From Fimicolochytrium jonesii (taxonomy: Eukaryota), in assembly GCF_025526975.1 (NCBI RefSeq), contig NW_026515677.1:248001-312000 (forward strand): DNA of 64,000 nt, given 5' to 3'. The first letter of the stretch is position 1. Each line of letters starts with the position of its first letter. The notes beneath the pieces are model-generated. The model ran no database searches. It saw nothing but the letters and a program-made list of their open reading frames with translations, and was not told the DNA's origin. Positions 47,801 to 62,931 of this stretch are shown here, in pieces. A program made the position numbers and the translations under genes.

Positions 47801-50800
47801 TGGAGACCGCCTTTTCAATCGCATCCAAGTAACCCTTGTGACCAAGACGAACGATCTTTAGACCAGCTCCTTCCCGGTTCTTGATCCAGACCACTCCTTG
47901 CAACTGAGGATCAATAATCAGTGGCCAACGCTTACAGCTGGTTACCATGGTTGCATTTTCGAGAGACACACGATCGCTTGGAAGGCCTTCGTTGTTCCAC
48001 TTGGCAATCTCGGCGCTCGACGTCAAAATGTCCAGTGGATCTAATCCTTCAGAGAGAGGTACTTTGTGCGGGTTGCTCGGATCGGTCAGGTATTTCAGCC
48101 AGTAATCTTGGAGCAGCTCCTCTCGGTAGCGCTTGCTGAAACATCCAACGTAGGAAACGAAAGCCGCAGACATCAGCACATCACCAGCGAGGGTCTTCTC
48201 CTGTTCCTTAAACTTGGCGACTGCTTCATTCCAACGAACGTTTTCGGATGCCAGACCTCCTACGAGACGATTCGCAAGAACGATAGTCTCTTGCGTTGCC
48301 CTAGCCTCCTCCTCACAAGCAAGCTTGTCAGCAGTTGCCTTTTCGAACTGCGCCGTCAGCTCCGCCAAATTCCTGTCGAGCTCGGCAATCTTGCCTTGGA
48401 TTTCGGCCAAACGGGCTTGAGATTCCCGCAGGGTCTCATTCGCCGCCTCCAACATCTTGCGTTTGGGCTCCACTTCCCGGTAGGTATGGTAGTAGTTGAC
48501 AATGTTCACTACCCATGAACAAAGACCAGCAGCAGCGATGGATTTTGACTTCATAAATTCCTCGTTAAAATTAGGATTGGACAAATACGGCGCTAGTGCG
48601 TCCAGATTGGAACTGTCGATGTTTTCTTTGTCGAAATTGATCAGACTTTCCAAGAAAGCGTCCACCTTCGCCATCATATTCTTCGAAGCTTTCCACGACC
48701 TATCCTTCGCAATTTTTCCAGCGGGACTCAGCAAAATCATGACTGCCGCTGCGGTATCAACGACTTCTTGGGATGGCGAACCGAAGGATTTCAGTTCCGT
48801 CAAATTGGCCTTGTTGAGCGTGTTCAAGGCGTTAGCTGCGGCTGCCAATGCAGGTTCAGCAGCTGCTAAATCCTTTTCGGCGTCAGCCTGCTTTTCCTGA
48901 ACTTCCTTGGTGATAGCATCGACCTTTTTCTCTTCCTCTGCGGCAATGGCCTTCTCTTTGTTCACTTTCTCAGTGTCGACACCAACGCGCTCGATAAGAC
49001 GCTCGGCTTCCTCATTCTTGCTCTTCAACTCGACTTCCTGCGAGGCGAGTTTCGCTTTCAGATCGGCTACTTGAGACGCGGTACTTTGCAGTTTTGTCAG
49101 GCCGTTCTCCAGACGCTCCATGCTCTTTGTAAGAGCCCTAGATTTCTGCTCCAGCATCTCCTTGTAAAGTGAGATCAAAGCCAAGAACGATTTTGGCGTG
49201 GTGTAATTGTACCGCTTCTCATTCACATGGTACTTCTTTGAGACGGTGTTAACACTCTGATGTGCGAACGCCATGAAGCGAGTGACTGGCAGCTTCAGGT
49301 CCTCGGGTACGAGTTCACTTGTAGCGATGAATCTCGTTGCCACGGACTGAAGAGCTTCTTCGGGCCATTCGTGGAACCAGTCAATCATAGTGCAATTGAC
49401 AATTGCAGGGAATTTGCGGCATCGAGAGCGAAGCGCGTTCCCGACCGGAGAGAAGCAGAGTACGACTTTCAGATTCTTGCGGACGGCTCTGATGAACAGA
49501 TCCCAGCACACTTCACGAGTATCCACTAGGCCTTGTGACTTTGCTTCATTTCGCATGCCGTTGATGATCGTTTCCACTTCATCATCTGGGAATAGACCGG
49601 GAATGTTTCCACTAGCTAACATGTCGTTAATCAGAACCAAGAACTTTTCATCCGCAATCTGGGAGTCCGTCAAGAGGAACATAATTTGAACCTTCTTCAA
49701 ACCGGTTTTCTGGTACAGAACCGCAAGGTCCGCCTTTAGATCGTTCACGGAATAGCCCTTCTTCAGAGTGATTTGGAATACCTCCATCTGGCTGATAAAT
49801 GCAGCCAGACGAGCCAACGATTGTTTTCCGCTTCCTCCCACACCAACTAACAGCGCATTTCCGCGTGGAGATTCCAGGATACGGTTGATGCGACAGACGT
49901 GAGCCATGGCGTCTTCGAAAAGCACCAGGTTCATGGCGGCATTGACTTCATCATACTGCATCTGCGCCTCGTCAAGGAGCTTTTTCAAAGCCGGCCAATC
50001 CTTCAGTTGACCGTATTTCGATTCCCCGATACCAGAAGCAAAGTGGGTGAAAAGGATCGGTTCTGCATTGATGGCGGCTTGATCCATGTCCTCGAAAGTC
50101 TTCTTCACCACTTCCTGTTGGAACTTCTGCAGCTGTTGTTGATCTGCATCATCCATCTTGTCACCGTACGTACGCGATGTCTCGTGAAGGAATAGCCGAA
50201 CCAAGTCGATGGGCTCCTTCAGCGTATCTTTGTTCGAAAATAAGAGACCTTGGAAAATATTCGACAAGTCTCGCAGATTGAAAATGTAGTGGAACTTGAC
50301 CGCTGAAGGCAAGAACGTAGCGGCAACCTTCTTGTGCAAAAGCAACGATCCGGCGACAAGCTTCTCCGCCAGTCTCTGGATGTTGTTGGGGAACTGTTTC
50401 AAGTGGCCAGAAAGGATCTGGAAATAGATACTCTGCAGCGAGTCAACACCTGGGAAATTGACCGCAAATGTTGCAAAGTGCCTTTGTAACCGCCCCGAAA
50501 TGGTGAAACTTCCGGCGGTGGGGTTCATACACGCCACATACTGGCAGTTGTGGATTTCCTTCAAAGTAAGCTTGGCTCGATCGTACCAATGCTTGTAGTC
50601 CAAATATTGCCTCAACAACGTATGTGGTGATGCGGTTCCGTATTTGTCCACTTCAGGCATGTTCAAGTCATCCAGGAAGTAGATGAGCTTTTTCGATCCA
50701 GGCGGGCCGTAGTTCCTACCAGCTTTCTTCTCAAGCGGCTTTTCCAGAATAGATTGGAGGGACCAAGCCGTCGTGTAGAAGTTGAAGGCTACATTGACGA

Positions 50801-53800
50801 TCTGGCGATCCTCCCCGTACGAGTATAGCTTGTCTTGCATGAGAACTGTTTTACCGCATCCTGCGTTCCCCACAAGCAAGACGGGCTTTCCGTTGTCCGC
50901 TAAGACATCAAGCATATATCGCATGCGCGTTGTTTCAGGAGTATGAACGAGCACTGCGTTCAAAGGCATGTCCGCATCATACACATAGGGGGGGACCTTG
51001 TCCGTCCACGGCGCAAACCGCTTTGTCTCCGCATCGACATAGTAGTCAAAGACCGTTCCTTGAGCAGGGAACTTCACGGTCTTGAACTCCCCGTTCCACC
51101 ATTTACTGAACTCCACACGATAATCCACCATCTGGTCCTGGAAGACACATCCGCCAAACGCCCAGACTGCGGCAAAGACGAAGTAAACCTCGAACCACTC
51201 CTTGTCGCATCCTTTAGGAGTGTTCTCTGGCGTCAAAAGACCTTCAAGGATATTACAGAGCGTAACAATCATGGAGAACTCCTCCACATTGGCTTGCTTG
51301 AATCTACCCGACCGGCAGGCGTCCAAGCATACATTGACGTACCGGTCGAACAAGACGCTCAAGTTCGACTTCTCGCTAGCGTCCTCGCGTTTGTCCAACC
51401 AAGATTGAACATACGGATTCCATCCCAGATCGGTCGTATTCAAATAAAGAATACCGGCTCGTGAGACCGTGGCAGGTGTTGCATATTTGAGATCCCCAAT
51501 CTCGAAAATCAGACGCATGTTCGGTTTCAATGGAATACGCTCGTTACTGGCCAAAGTCAACATTTTGTTGTCATCCATGACCGTGTTGAGGGACTCAATC
51601 CAGTTCGGGTCAATGTCGCCGTCCAAAATCATCCAGCGAGGATCCGTTCCGGGCATCCCGGCAAGCTCACGCATGATGGAAGAGAATAGTCCGTCCTTCC
51701 ACTCCCGAGTCGATGGGTTAATGCAACCAAATAGATCGTCCGTCGTGACGGCTTTCGGGTTGAGATCAGAGAAGACGCACTTCTTCCCGCTGTTGATGTA
51801 GGTTTTGGCCAACATCTTCCAGATCTGAGATTTGCCGGTACCTCCATTACCGATGATGAAGACACAGTGACGAACAGCCAGCAATTCTTCCAGTTGAACG
51901 ACTTTGAGGACGAAGACTTCCTCAGCTTGAAGACCACTCTCGAGGGTGGCCTTGCGAATGTCCTGTTCGAGCTTTTCGTCACGTTTACGAGCGACTTCGA
52001 CTTTGGGGAACAGATCGCCAATAAGACCGTGGAACACTTGCAAATCATCGGAGACAATTTTGGGCAAGTTGAAATCACGTAGTGCTCGCATGAGCACTTG
52101 ATCTTCCGGAACGTTACGGTCCGCACGCTTCAAAGCACCGGCGACCACCAACACAGATTTGATCGCACGAAGACCCCAATCGTAATGATCTTGCTTCGAC
52201 AGCAGCTCCTTGTTCAATTTGTAAAGGGTATTGAACTTTCTGGCCAACCCACTGGCCTCCACAAATCCTTCCGCCATCAGCATGATTTCCATGATGAGCT
52301 CCAGATTGGGCACACACATAGAACATGGCCGGAAAAGCGCTTTGATGTTCTCAGGAAGCTCGGCACGACCAGCGTAACCAGGGTTCATGGTGATGAAAGC
52401 TCCGACGGTTGGAGTGAGACTGATCTCCTCTCCCTGGAAAATGAAGCGCTTTTTCTTCGCCTTCAATGCATCCTGAATCGACTTGACCTGTGTGGCAATG
52501 ACGGAAAGTACTTCCACAACAATACGGTTGAACTCATCGAAACACCCCCATGTTCCGGATTGCGCGAGTCCTTTGAAAATGTTTCCGACGGAACGGTAGT
52601 CCATTTGCTCGGAGCAGTTGAACACGTAAACCATGATTCCCAAGGCTTTGCCCAAATCCTTGGTCGTCTCAGTTTTGCCGGTACCAGCAGGACCGGCGGG
52701 CGCACCTCCCATGATCAAGTGCAAGGATTGTGTCAGTGTAATGTAGCAACGATCCGTCAGCGATGTCACGACTAAACGAGGAGTATTGCCGAGATACTCG
52801 TAGCTGTAGCGGAACGAAGCATCGCAAATGTTGATGATACAATCGGATTGATCTTCGTCCCATCGAAGACGAAGTTGCGATTGCCATGAGAACACTTGTG
52901 CGGAATCGGCTTTCTCCGCAATGAGCTTCGCAACAATGTCACGAGCGTGCACATCGAGGGTACAAACCGTCATAATCATTTGACGGTGCAGCTTGGTCAG
53001 GTCTCCCTGAATTAGCGTAATCAGAGCAGTGAGCTGGTTAACCTGCTTCTTGTAGTAGTCCTTCATGGAGTTTTCGTATCCCTCCTCCAATCGTGCGAAT
53101 GTTGAATTCACTTCTGTGGTCCACCAAATTTGCGTTCCCGCAAGAGTAATCTGCGCGGGGTAGTCGAAGATCCACTGATCGCGCGGCTTCTCCTCGTAGG
53201 CGGTAACGGAGTCTCCGAGCGCAGTTCGCAGGGTCTTTCGCATCATATCCACCAATCGGTTGAGCCACACCTCAACTGGACCTGTACACTCGCAAGGTTC
53301 GATGAACTGTACGTATTCGTCTTCCCTCGAATACATTCCGACGGCGGTTTTCGTCACTTCGCCGTTGGGTCCCTTGTAGAACTCCAAAGATGCCAAACTA
53401 TCGAAGAGTTTGCCCAAATGCACAGCAACCGCTTGTGGCATGTTTCCTTTCGCCAGGATATCCAACAGATCGGAGGCAGAAACGAAATAGAAACGGGGGA
53501 AAGCCAAACGCTTGGTTTCCAGGTACTCGGCGAGAGACTTCTCACAAAGGGCCAATTGCCCTTGGAGCTTTTCGAGCCGGTCGAATAAACCCTCCTTCGT
53601 GCACGCCTCGACACAATTTGGCGTCTTAGAAGCTTCCTTCATGAGCTCCTTATATGCTGCATCGATACTATCGAAACGCTTCGAGTCTTCTGGAAGCTGG
53701 GCACGAATGTCCTCCGACCCCATGAAAATGTTCTCCAAATGGGACCAAGTTTGTTGGACTTCCAACCACAACGTGATCACGGAATCCACAGTGGACAAAA

Positions 53801-56800
53801 CATTTTGCCATTTGGTGATTTGCTCCTCGAAGTGCGCAACATATTTGGAAGTCATCATGGTTTGCAGCATGACCTGGTTGTCCTCCAATGTCTCGATAAG
53901 CTCTTCTGAACTCTTGAGTAGCGGTGTTTTCGTGCTCTCGTGTATTTCGTAAGTGAATTCCATAACACTCCATGTCTTCGAGAGGTCGTTGAGGACCTTC
54001 TCCATGGACAACTCTTTCGTCGCACGATCGACGATAACCTTCACATCGTCCTCAAACTTGTGTAACTGAAGACTGAGCAAGTCTTGGAACTTCATGTCGG
54101 CCGTCATAACGAAGGTAACGCCGGTCGTCTTCATCAGCTGCTTCCAGTGACGATCGCGAATGGCATTGCTCCTAAGCTCCCCAACAGCTCGAAGCGATGT
54201 CACCATGTCCTTCACGGCTTGATCAAGTCCCGAATAGACATCCCATCCCTTGATTTCTTTGTCCATTCGCCGCAGTTCTTTGCTCAAGTCTCGACAGTGA
54301 GTCTCCATAGCATCGGTGTCGATCGCAGTCCAAAGGGTTGTTCGCCATTGCTCGAACATGAGAGTGACTAGAGACACAACGTCCCAGACTGACTTGAGCA
54401 TCCCGATGTCGCGTCGACAGTCAGCAAGCTGTCGGTAGTTGGGCACGTTCAGCTCGAAAAGTTCGCAGGACGTTCGAAGAGCCTTTGCCTCGTTCTCCAT
54501 CGCCAGAACGTCGACGTGCACAGTGTCGATGGATTGATATGCCTTTTCGGACCCTATCTCGAATTTGAAAGGCGCCTTCTTGCGGAACTCTTCCCGGAAG
54601 TTGTGATTGCGCGTTTCGAACTTGTTGCACTTTTGCTGCAAGACGTCGACTTCACGCGCTTGAAGCGGTGCAGCTTGGTCCTTTACAGCCATCGAGAGCT
54701 TCTTGACCTCCGACCATTGTTCGGGCAAGTCGTTGAGAAGTTTATGCGTCTCATCTGGCATTTCCACACCGAATTGGCGCAAGAAATTGATGGTTTTCCG
54801 CAACGGCTCAAACATCCCGTCAATGCTTCCCGTTCGTTGCTTGATCGCATGAAGAAGACCCATCGATGATACGAGAGCATCGTAATCACCCTCCCTGATC
54901 TCACGTTGGAGGCCTTTCTTATTATGCTTGACAAAGTCGTTGAGCTCATTCAAGCTTACAATAGCATCGTCCTGCAAATGCTTTGTCAAGGTGTAGCTCC
55001 ATTTCTTGACCACGACATTCAAAGCCTGTTTCAAAGGCTTGGCGTCGATGCGGAACCAGCCTTGGAAGATGACCTCCGGCTCGATGCTCATGATTTGCTT
55101 GTGCAGTGCCTCGAACTTTCGGATCTCGTTCTCGAACCTCTCCAGTTTGCTGACGTTTTCCGTCTGCGTGACCGGCGCCTCCTCCGTGGGAGCAGCACCT
55201 TCCTCGTCTTTGGGCTTGTCAGAAATTTCGAGGAACTGCTTCATGTAGTCCTGGCGATTCTCGGTCCACAACCATGTGTACTGGTCGTATCCATCTTTGT
55301 ACAAGACGGACTCGGTCATGATCTGACGAACACGCTCCAGAATCGTAGCCCGCAATTTGCCGAGTGTCTGATCGCGACGCATTTCACCTAGGTAGGTTTC
55401 GTTTTCCATGTTGATTTGTGCCAGTTGTTTGGCGCGCAAGTCCTCTTGGTCAGCGTCGGATTCGCCATCAGCTTCGTCGGTTTGATCGTCGCTGAGCGTT
55501 TCCCCGGCGTCTGCGGCCTCCCCTGCCGCGCCGCCACCGGTAGCACCGGCTGCACCAGCTTCGCCGGATACTGGCACCATGCCCGCCCCATTCTGTAGCG
55601 GAACTCCGGGTTGTTGCGCAGGTGCCACCCGTCCCATCAAAGAGGCACAATCGTAGATGTCTTCAAGAACATCGTTGATGATATAGGCGATGCTATTCTC
55701 AGAGTCTGAAGGACGATGGAACGGCTGGAAAGTTAGAAAGGGATAATATTTGATCTCGAAAGTTGAGTAGTAACATACCTTCATCCATCGTAGGGGTGAA
55801 GACGAGAATCTCCCCGTGAAGCTCCAGCTTAGCCTCAAGAAGAGCACCAACATCAGCCAAACGCTCTGACTCCATGTTTTGAGCGATGTACTCCAAACTA
55901 GTCTTCAGAGTTTGCCAGAACCCTTCCCGAACAACCTCGTCAATGAAGGCTTGGTAGCGTTTCCACTCTTCCGACTCTTCCTTCGCCTGCACAACCTCAC
56001 GTGTTTGCGTAATGAGCTGGTGAATCGACTGTCCATCACGTTTGATGATATCGTAGGCTGTAGAAAGCTTGGTATCCTTCTCCTCCAGATTGAGAAGCTT
56101 CTTAGAGTCCTTCCGCTCAACCAATGGCGTCGCCGACCACGCCTTCATGATCTTGCGAATCTGGTTCAAGTTGCTCTTCATCAACTGCAGGACGGACGAC
56201 AAGTCGCCAACGGACGCACTGATTTCGGCAATGTAGGAAACGATGTTGTCGGATGTCCAGTTGAGATCCGTCAGCGCGTACTTGATCTGGGCGTCGATCT
56301 GGCTGATCCGATCCTCGATCAGCGGGCGTTCTACGTTGTTCACACCAGTGCGAATGCCATTGTACGACTTTGTAATGTGGTCCAGTTGGAAAATGTACTT
56401 TCGGAACACATCCGACTTGGAGTAGATCGCTGCGGCGGCTGGAGGCGGAGTGACCGTGAGTGCCTCAAAGTAGCGGACCTCACGAAGCAAGGCGACGACT
56501 TTGGGGTCGAAGTTAACGCGGAGCAAGTCATCTTCGCGGATGAGGAGCGGCTTGTTAAGGTTGGCTTCGGTCTCATCGATGATGGTATCGCTCCATTTGG
56601 TGAAGATGGAGCGCTCGTAGGTCTCGAGTGTCTCATAGAGGTTGTTATACTTTTGCGTTACGAGACCTGCTTCCTCTGAGTTCATGGCACTGTGGTTGAA
56701 CTGTACGAAGGGAAGAACTTTGAGCACGAAGTCAGGTGACAATGTGCATGGAAGCTGCATCAACTTACACTTTTCAGCTTGTCCATAGCCTTGGCAATCC

Positions 56801-58849
56801 GATCCTTCAGTTCATGCACCCAGGCGACCGCTCCAGTCACGGGCGCCATGTTATAGTGAATCGGAGGATGCGCCTTGAACTTTGCAAAGATGTGGGCGAC
56901 CTCATCCAAGTCGGCCGAGTACATCTTCAGAAGCGCAAAATACTTCTTCTCAAAATCATGCTGGATGATCGGACGGTTGAGCAGTCCAGCGAATGACTCG
57001 AGGAGACGGAAGCAAGAGTTGAGACCCGAGCAGTCATCAAAGCTCTGGCTCAAGATGGTCCCGATGCGCCGGTCGAGATCAGCGATCTTGGCGTGGAAGG
57101 CGCCCAGGTCGACGTCAAACTCGCTAAGGTTGAGGTCAAGAATGTCATACTTGAGCTTCGAAAAGCTGCCCAGGGCGGCTTGAAATTCGGAGAAGATTTG
57201 CGCCACCTGTGAGCTCAGAATCTTGCCCTTCGTGCCGCCGATCTCAATTTTCTCGAGCCGGTTGAACTCGATGATTGTGTCAAAGAGTTCGACGATGTTC
57301 TGCACACGGCCCAAAAACTTGTCGAGCCTCGCGAAGAGGACCTTGGTGTCAAAGTTCCAAGGCCGCTTCGTCTCGGCCATCTGCGCTTTGGCCTCGTAGA
57401 ACGTCTCCTTGAAGGCGTTGCAAACGCGGATGACGACCTTCAAGCGCTCTGCAGCCTCTTCAGGCTCGGAGGCGAAAATCTCTGAAGGATTGATGAAGGC
57501 GCGAGCTTGCTCGATGATGTCGTTGCATATTTCTTGCAGGACGATCGTCATGCGCTGTGGGGTGTTGTAGTATTTGGAGTGCTTCCAAATGAGCACGAGA
57601 GTGTGCATCACGCTGGGGAAGATTTGCGTCAACTCGATGAAGTCGTTGACGGAGTTGAGCCTCTCTACGGAAGGACGAAGAGCGCGGAGGTATGTTGTGA
57701 TGTCGTTGGCTTCGTCCAAAGCTGCGAACATGAGAGACAAGAGGTGATTTCAGTCTTCTAGGAGTTTTCGAGCAATTGAAGTGAGCATCACGAACCTGCA
57801 ACGACTTCATCGAAAATCATCCTAAAAGCAGGATAGTAAGTGCTTTTGCTGACTTCCAAGAGTTTGGAAATCTTCTGGATCTTTTCGTCCGTAAGTTGCT
57901 GGTGGATCGACTTCAGGTTGGCCGCTTTGGCCGCCCAGAAGTCGATCTCCACCATGGGACCGGGGTTCAGCCGCTCCTCGAGCGGAGCGGCTGAGGAGCT
58001 CTTGATGACCTCCTTGATTTGGTGGGTCCAGTCGATGACTGCGGATTCCACAGTGTGTAGGACACTGCGGTCGGCCTCGGTGGTGAGTTTGGCACCGTGG
58101 GGAAGTGGTAGCATAGTCTTGCCCTAGAGTAACGATGAATAAATACATTGCGATGATGAGGACCAAAGTTCAAGCCGATGGGCAAGATGAAATTGATGTT
58201 TGGATGTGATAATTTACCTTAGACTTGCCAGAAATAACATATACAGCGCCATTGAGTTGATGAAAATGGCGCAGAACATCACTCGCGACGACCTCAGGCC
58301 ACGATTCGAGATTCTTGGGATTGGTGAGGAGCGGCAAATACACTTCTTCCAGCAGATTGGAGAGGAATTCCAGTGGGTTGGGGGATAGATCCCCCAGGAC
58401 AAGCTCGGTGTCGAGCTTTTCGGTGACGGGGCTGCCCGTTTTGCGTTTCAGGAAATATACAGATTTCTTCTTGAGTGAAGAAGGGAAGGCGATTGCCGGA
58501 AGGAGATCCTCCTTGGGGGTGAGGAAGAAGAGGATGGTGCTGTAGTCCTTGTCCAGGAAGTCTACTATTGTTTGCCTATTGGTAGGGAAGTTGTGAAGAT
58601 CAGACGGACCGAACTATCATGCCATGCCAAGATTCTATCGATTTCCATGCAAACAACTTACAAGTTCTCTTGCGACATCGTCAACTTCTTCCACTTATCA
58701 TTCTTGATTTTCAGCGCATTGCAGACTTTGTCTTCAAACCAGCCGACACGGGCGTCGACGTGGATGGGTGCCGCGGTGTCATCTCCATCGCCGTCCTTCT
58801 TTTTCGCGCCCGGAGTGACCGGCTTGGTTGCCGCCTCCTCCGAAGGCAT
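44853..58849 (-). CDS. Axonemal dynein heavy chain, outer-arm beta type (DNAH9/11/17-like)
   Basis: AAA1 GPAGTGKTETTKDLG, WGCFDEFNR, further P-loops (GNGGTGKS, GNAGCGKT, GVGGSGKQSL), stalk coiled coil and C-terminal KWTLGGVCLL. Several 5' introns and a ~10.8 kb last exon. Confidence 0.95.
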
Positions 58850-59527
58850 GATGGTGGGCCTTGTGTAAGCGCGACCTGAGCTCCAGAGTGTGTGGTGGGT
58901 TCAGAGCGAAGAGGCGTGTGGATTTATTCCTAGGAGATGAACCAGCATCTGCCGAAGGAGATTTGATAGCAGAATCAAGAGAATGTGAGTGCAGAAAGTG
59001 GGTTTTCAGGCTCAGCGTGGGAGCGTTCGGTGTTTGTCCGCTGCCTCTTTGGCTGACATAATCTCCGCTCCTTCTACTTTTTACGCGTTGCCTTGTGAGT
59101 AATGGCTTCAATAATCAAACACGCACAGAATGCTCAGTTTGCACATGCACATCGTTTGGTAGACGGGGTGGGGATCGGGTCTATTCCCGGTCGGCTTTGT
59201 CCCGTGGCTTTGAACTCTTGTTGAGATGGTCTTGCTGGGCACGACCGTGGTGTCGATGCCGATGCTCATGATCACGCTTTGGTCCCAGCGTACTGTACTC
59301 GAGTTGCAGCACAGCGACTCAGGTGTACTTTGATTGAGCAAACTGCAGAAGACAGCACTATGTATTCATAAAGGCCCTACAGTAGTCGGAAAAGCATCAC
59401 AGATATTATACAAGCCAAATTCTAAAGTTCAAGGTTCGAAGATGTTAAACAAATCACGGCCAGCGCTAGAAGTCTAACTCGCCGGTATACTGTACTGTGT
59501 AATAGTGAGAGTCCCAATGCTTTCAGT

Positions 59528-61625
59528 TCAGTGAGTCAAAGTGTGCGAGCTCTCTTGGGGCAAGTCGTGGTGGTTGGCCGCAGGCAAGTTCGCCAAGAAC
59601 TCCTCCCATTCAGCGTCTTCCTCAGCCTTGGTGTACACGACCGGCTTGAGACCGAACAGGCGGCAGAACCGTCCATTGGGGAGACGGAACCGCGCCGTCT
59701 CGCCGTGTTTCTTGGGAAGGCGGCGATCGCGCAGGTTGGTGGGGACCGCGAGAGAGATCAACACGCCCAGACATGTAAACGCGAGAATCCACCGGAAGTT
59801 CAGATCGTAGACGTGGATCAAATCCGGTGTGAGTCTGGCAACCTCGTTCTTGTAGACCTGGTTGAAGACCAGACCACCACCGACACCAGCGAGAGCCCAG
59901 GCCGTGAGGATGACACCGTGAGTGGCACCCACGTTCTTGCTTCCGAACTGGTCCGCCAAGAAAGCGGGGATAAGTCCGAACCCTCCGCCGTAGAAGAAGG
60001 CAATGATGAAGGCGCATGTCAATGTGAGCCCGTAGTTGCCGTCTCCGATTGCGGTGGGGAGGAGGGCAAGGAACAGCGTTTGCATGGTGAGGGAGAGCAC
60101 GAAGAAGGGCTTGCGCTGTCCAACGTAGTCGGAGAGCGTAGGGAGAACGAGACGTCCAAGTAAGTTGCATCCGCCGAGGGCCGAGTTGATATTCGTAGCT
60201 GTCTGCAGGTCTTTCTTAAGTTGGTTCTGCAAAAGAGAGTCGATTAGCAAGAGGTATAATATTGAATTTTGGGAGAGGAATGCTGAACGAACCTGTACAA
60301 TAGATTGAATCTTGGCAATGATCAAAAGACCAGTGATTTCCGCGCAGAAGAACATGATGTACATCAAGATGTACTCCTTGCTTTTCAACGCTTGCGCAAG
60401 ATTGACAGCGAAGGCAGAGGTTCGGTTTGCTGGCTGCACTGTAATGGCAACGCTATCTGCCTCCTTGGAAGACTCGGCGGCTTTGCCGTTGTCCCTAGGT
60501 TCGTGAAGTTCGGCGCCCTTTACAGTGTCGATGTTGATGCCGTTAAGCTGGTACCCACTAATGAAAGAATGGGTGTCAGGGATGCGTGATGGGTCGCAAC
60601 GCGCAGATGAGCTACTTACGGTGGCGGCATACGCAAGACCAGCGACGCGGCTGACATGATCACAAAGTAGCAGCTGGCGAGGATGATAAATGTCTTGGGG
60701 ACACCAAGATTTTCCTCGCCGGTGTTGGCGTAGGTGGGTCCGATAAGAGCTTTCTGGGTGTAAGGGCTGAAGATAGAACCAGCACCGAAGCCACAAACTA
60801 TTGCATGGACACCAGAGTCAGATGGTCGCCCAACAAACGAAATTGGATGACCAAGTTCCCTGGCAAACTATTTACCTGCAAGCCCGGAAGCCAGACCGCG
60901 CAAATCCGGGAACCATTTTTGGAGCGGAGACACGGGAGAGATGTAAGAGATACCAAGACCGGCTCCACCGACGAAACCGTATCCGAAGAAGACGAGAGGA
61001 AGGCTTTGAACGTGAACACCAAGAGCTGCGAGAAGTTGACCAACGAAGAACAGAGTTGATCCGAGAAGCGCGCCCTTCAAAGGTCCGTTGCGTTCCAACC
61101 AAGGCCCCAGTAGCGCAGATGTCACACCGAAAACGGCGACGGCAACGAAGAAGACGTTACTAGCTTGACCACGGTCTACAGCTACGCCCTTTGCTGAGAG
61201 CGAAGGCCTGGATCAAGGGCGATGTCAGTCGGGAGTCAGCTGCGTCAGCACCAGTGGTGGGGCAAGACGAGGGAGAATGCTTACCCGTAGATCGCGCGCT
61301 CGATAGGCAGATTATAACCGGACCAGGCGTACAGACTACCACAGCAAACCTGCCAAACGAGGAGATTAGGTCAGATCGACGTGCCGTGGGACAATCAGCG
61401 TGTGGGGAAAAATCCAAGCGTTGGAAAATGGTATTGGACAGATTACACCAAAAGCCGACGATTCGCGATGTCTACCTGAATGAGGACCGCAGCGGGCATA
61501 AGGAAGATCCTTCGGAAGCGAAGGACGCCCGGAATGAGCCATTCCTCCCGTTTGATCTGCTTGTCGGTTCGATGGTACTCGGTCGACGAGTAGTGGTACT
61601 TGACCGCACGCACTAACGCGGACAT
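59528..61625 (-). CDS. MFS transporter, oxalate/formate antiporter (OFA)-like, multi-exon
   Basis: GSLYAWS, LGPWLERNGP, GAGLGISYISPVSPLQKWFPDLRGLASG, GRLVLPTLSD, YGGGFGLIPAFLADQFGSKNVGATHG. Confidence 0.88.
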
Positions 61626-62931
61626 CTTGAGAGCGGTGCAGAGATGCGGGGTTGGGAAACCTTTACTCTTCTTCGTCTGCTTTATAGGGGTTTGGGTTTT
61701 GATAAAGCAAACTTGGGAATGGAAAAGGAAGTCGAGCGGCGCTTGCACACCGGCCCTTTTTATATCATTTGGCAGGCTTCGATTTTGAAGCTTCATCAAA
61801 TTGGAAGGGACTTGAACCAATGACCTTTGGAACGGGTCTCCTTATAGTGAGGCCTGGTCTCGTACGCGTCCTTACTCCTTACATCCACATCCACCAGTGT
61901 GAACTTGAAGGCCAATAACTATGAGGGCATCGCTCACTTTCAGGTTCCACGATGAAGCCTCTCCAGGGCCCTCAATACGATCAGCCCATGGGAGGGCCCC
62001 GGCAGCCGCAAGCCGCAGCCTTTGGTCTTCCAAAAGGGAACGAGCCGCCATGACTTGACGGCCTTGGATTGTGGATTGTGGAGATGGCACCATGTGAGGG
62101 CAAATCTCCCACGGCCTGAACGGGCACGAGACACGCCGCACGGGGGGGGGGGGGGAGGGCCTGGAAACACCATTTCGAACTTTGAAATTCAATCATCAAA
62201 CAGCCGATTATTTGATTAGCGGATCGACCGACATACAGTACCATGTGCCTGGGTTCCGGTAGCCCCGAATCGGAGGTCGCCAGAAAAACTGACAGGGCGA
62301 TCGCCACAAATTGAACGTGGACATATTGGGCATTTTCGCTTGACCGACTTTGGACGGCTTCCCTGTCGTCGAGTGGACAACGAACCCGAGTGGACAAGGA
62401 GCGCAAATTACTACGTGTACCCATCGACTTGCTGACGATCGATACTGCGCGAGCTATGCACTCACGGAATTCATAGCTGTGTTGATGCCGCTGCTTGGGA
62501 TTTTTCGATGAAGCCACACTTGGCGAAGCCTCTATTCAATCACTGAAGACATGAATGCGCTCGGGACAGAGAGACAGCGCATACGAACTTGAGCACGGGC
62601 TGGGAGTGATACACTGGATAGAAGCCGAGAAACTCTGGAGATCTAGCATGAATCGAGTACGCATCCCTCGGATGTCCAGGTACGATTTGAAGACAGATGC
62701 TTGATACTCGTATTGGCTTAAGAAAGGAAGTATAAATTTTATGGCATTGTAAGCGCTTATAGTTTTATTTAGTCTGTCTGTTCTTTGGCTGTCCTAGCTG
62801 CTAGATATAGGAGAGAACTACATCTCGACTCGCAAAGACAACTCATCCTAGTGTACCGAAGTGTTGCCTGTGCAACCAGAAATAGATCAGTATAGAATTG
62901 GAGAATCAAAGCACATCAATTGTTCTCACTT

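Noticed and set aside
44898..58545. Many antisense and alternate-frame ORFs over the dynein gene
   Set aside because: Shadow ORFs expected from codon bias in a long coding region.
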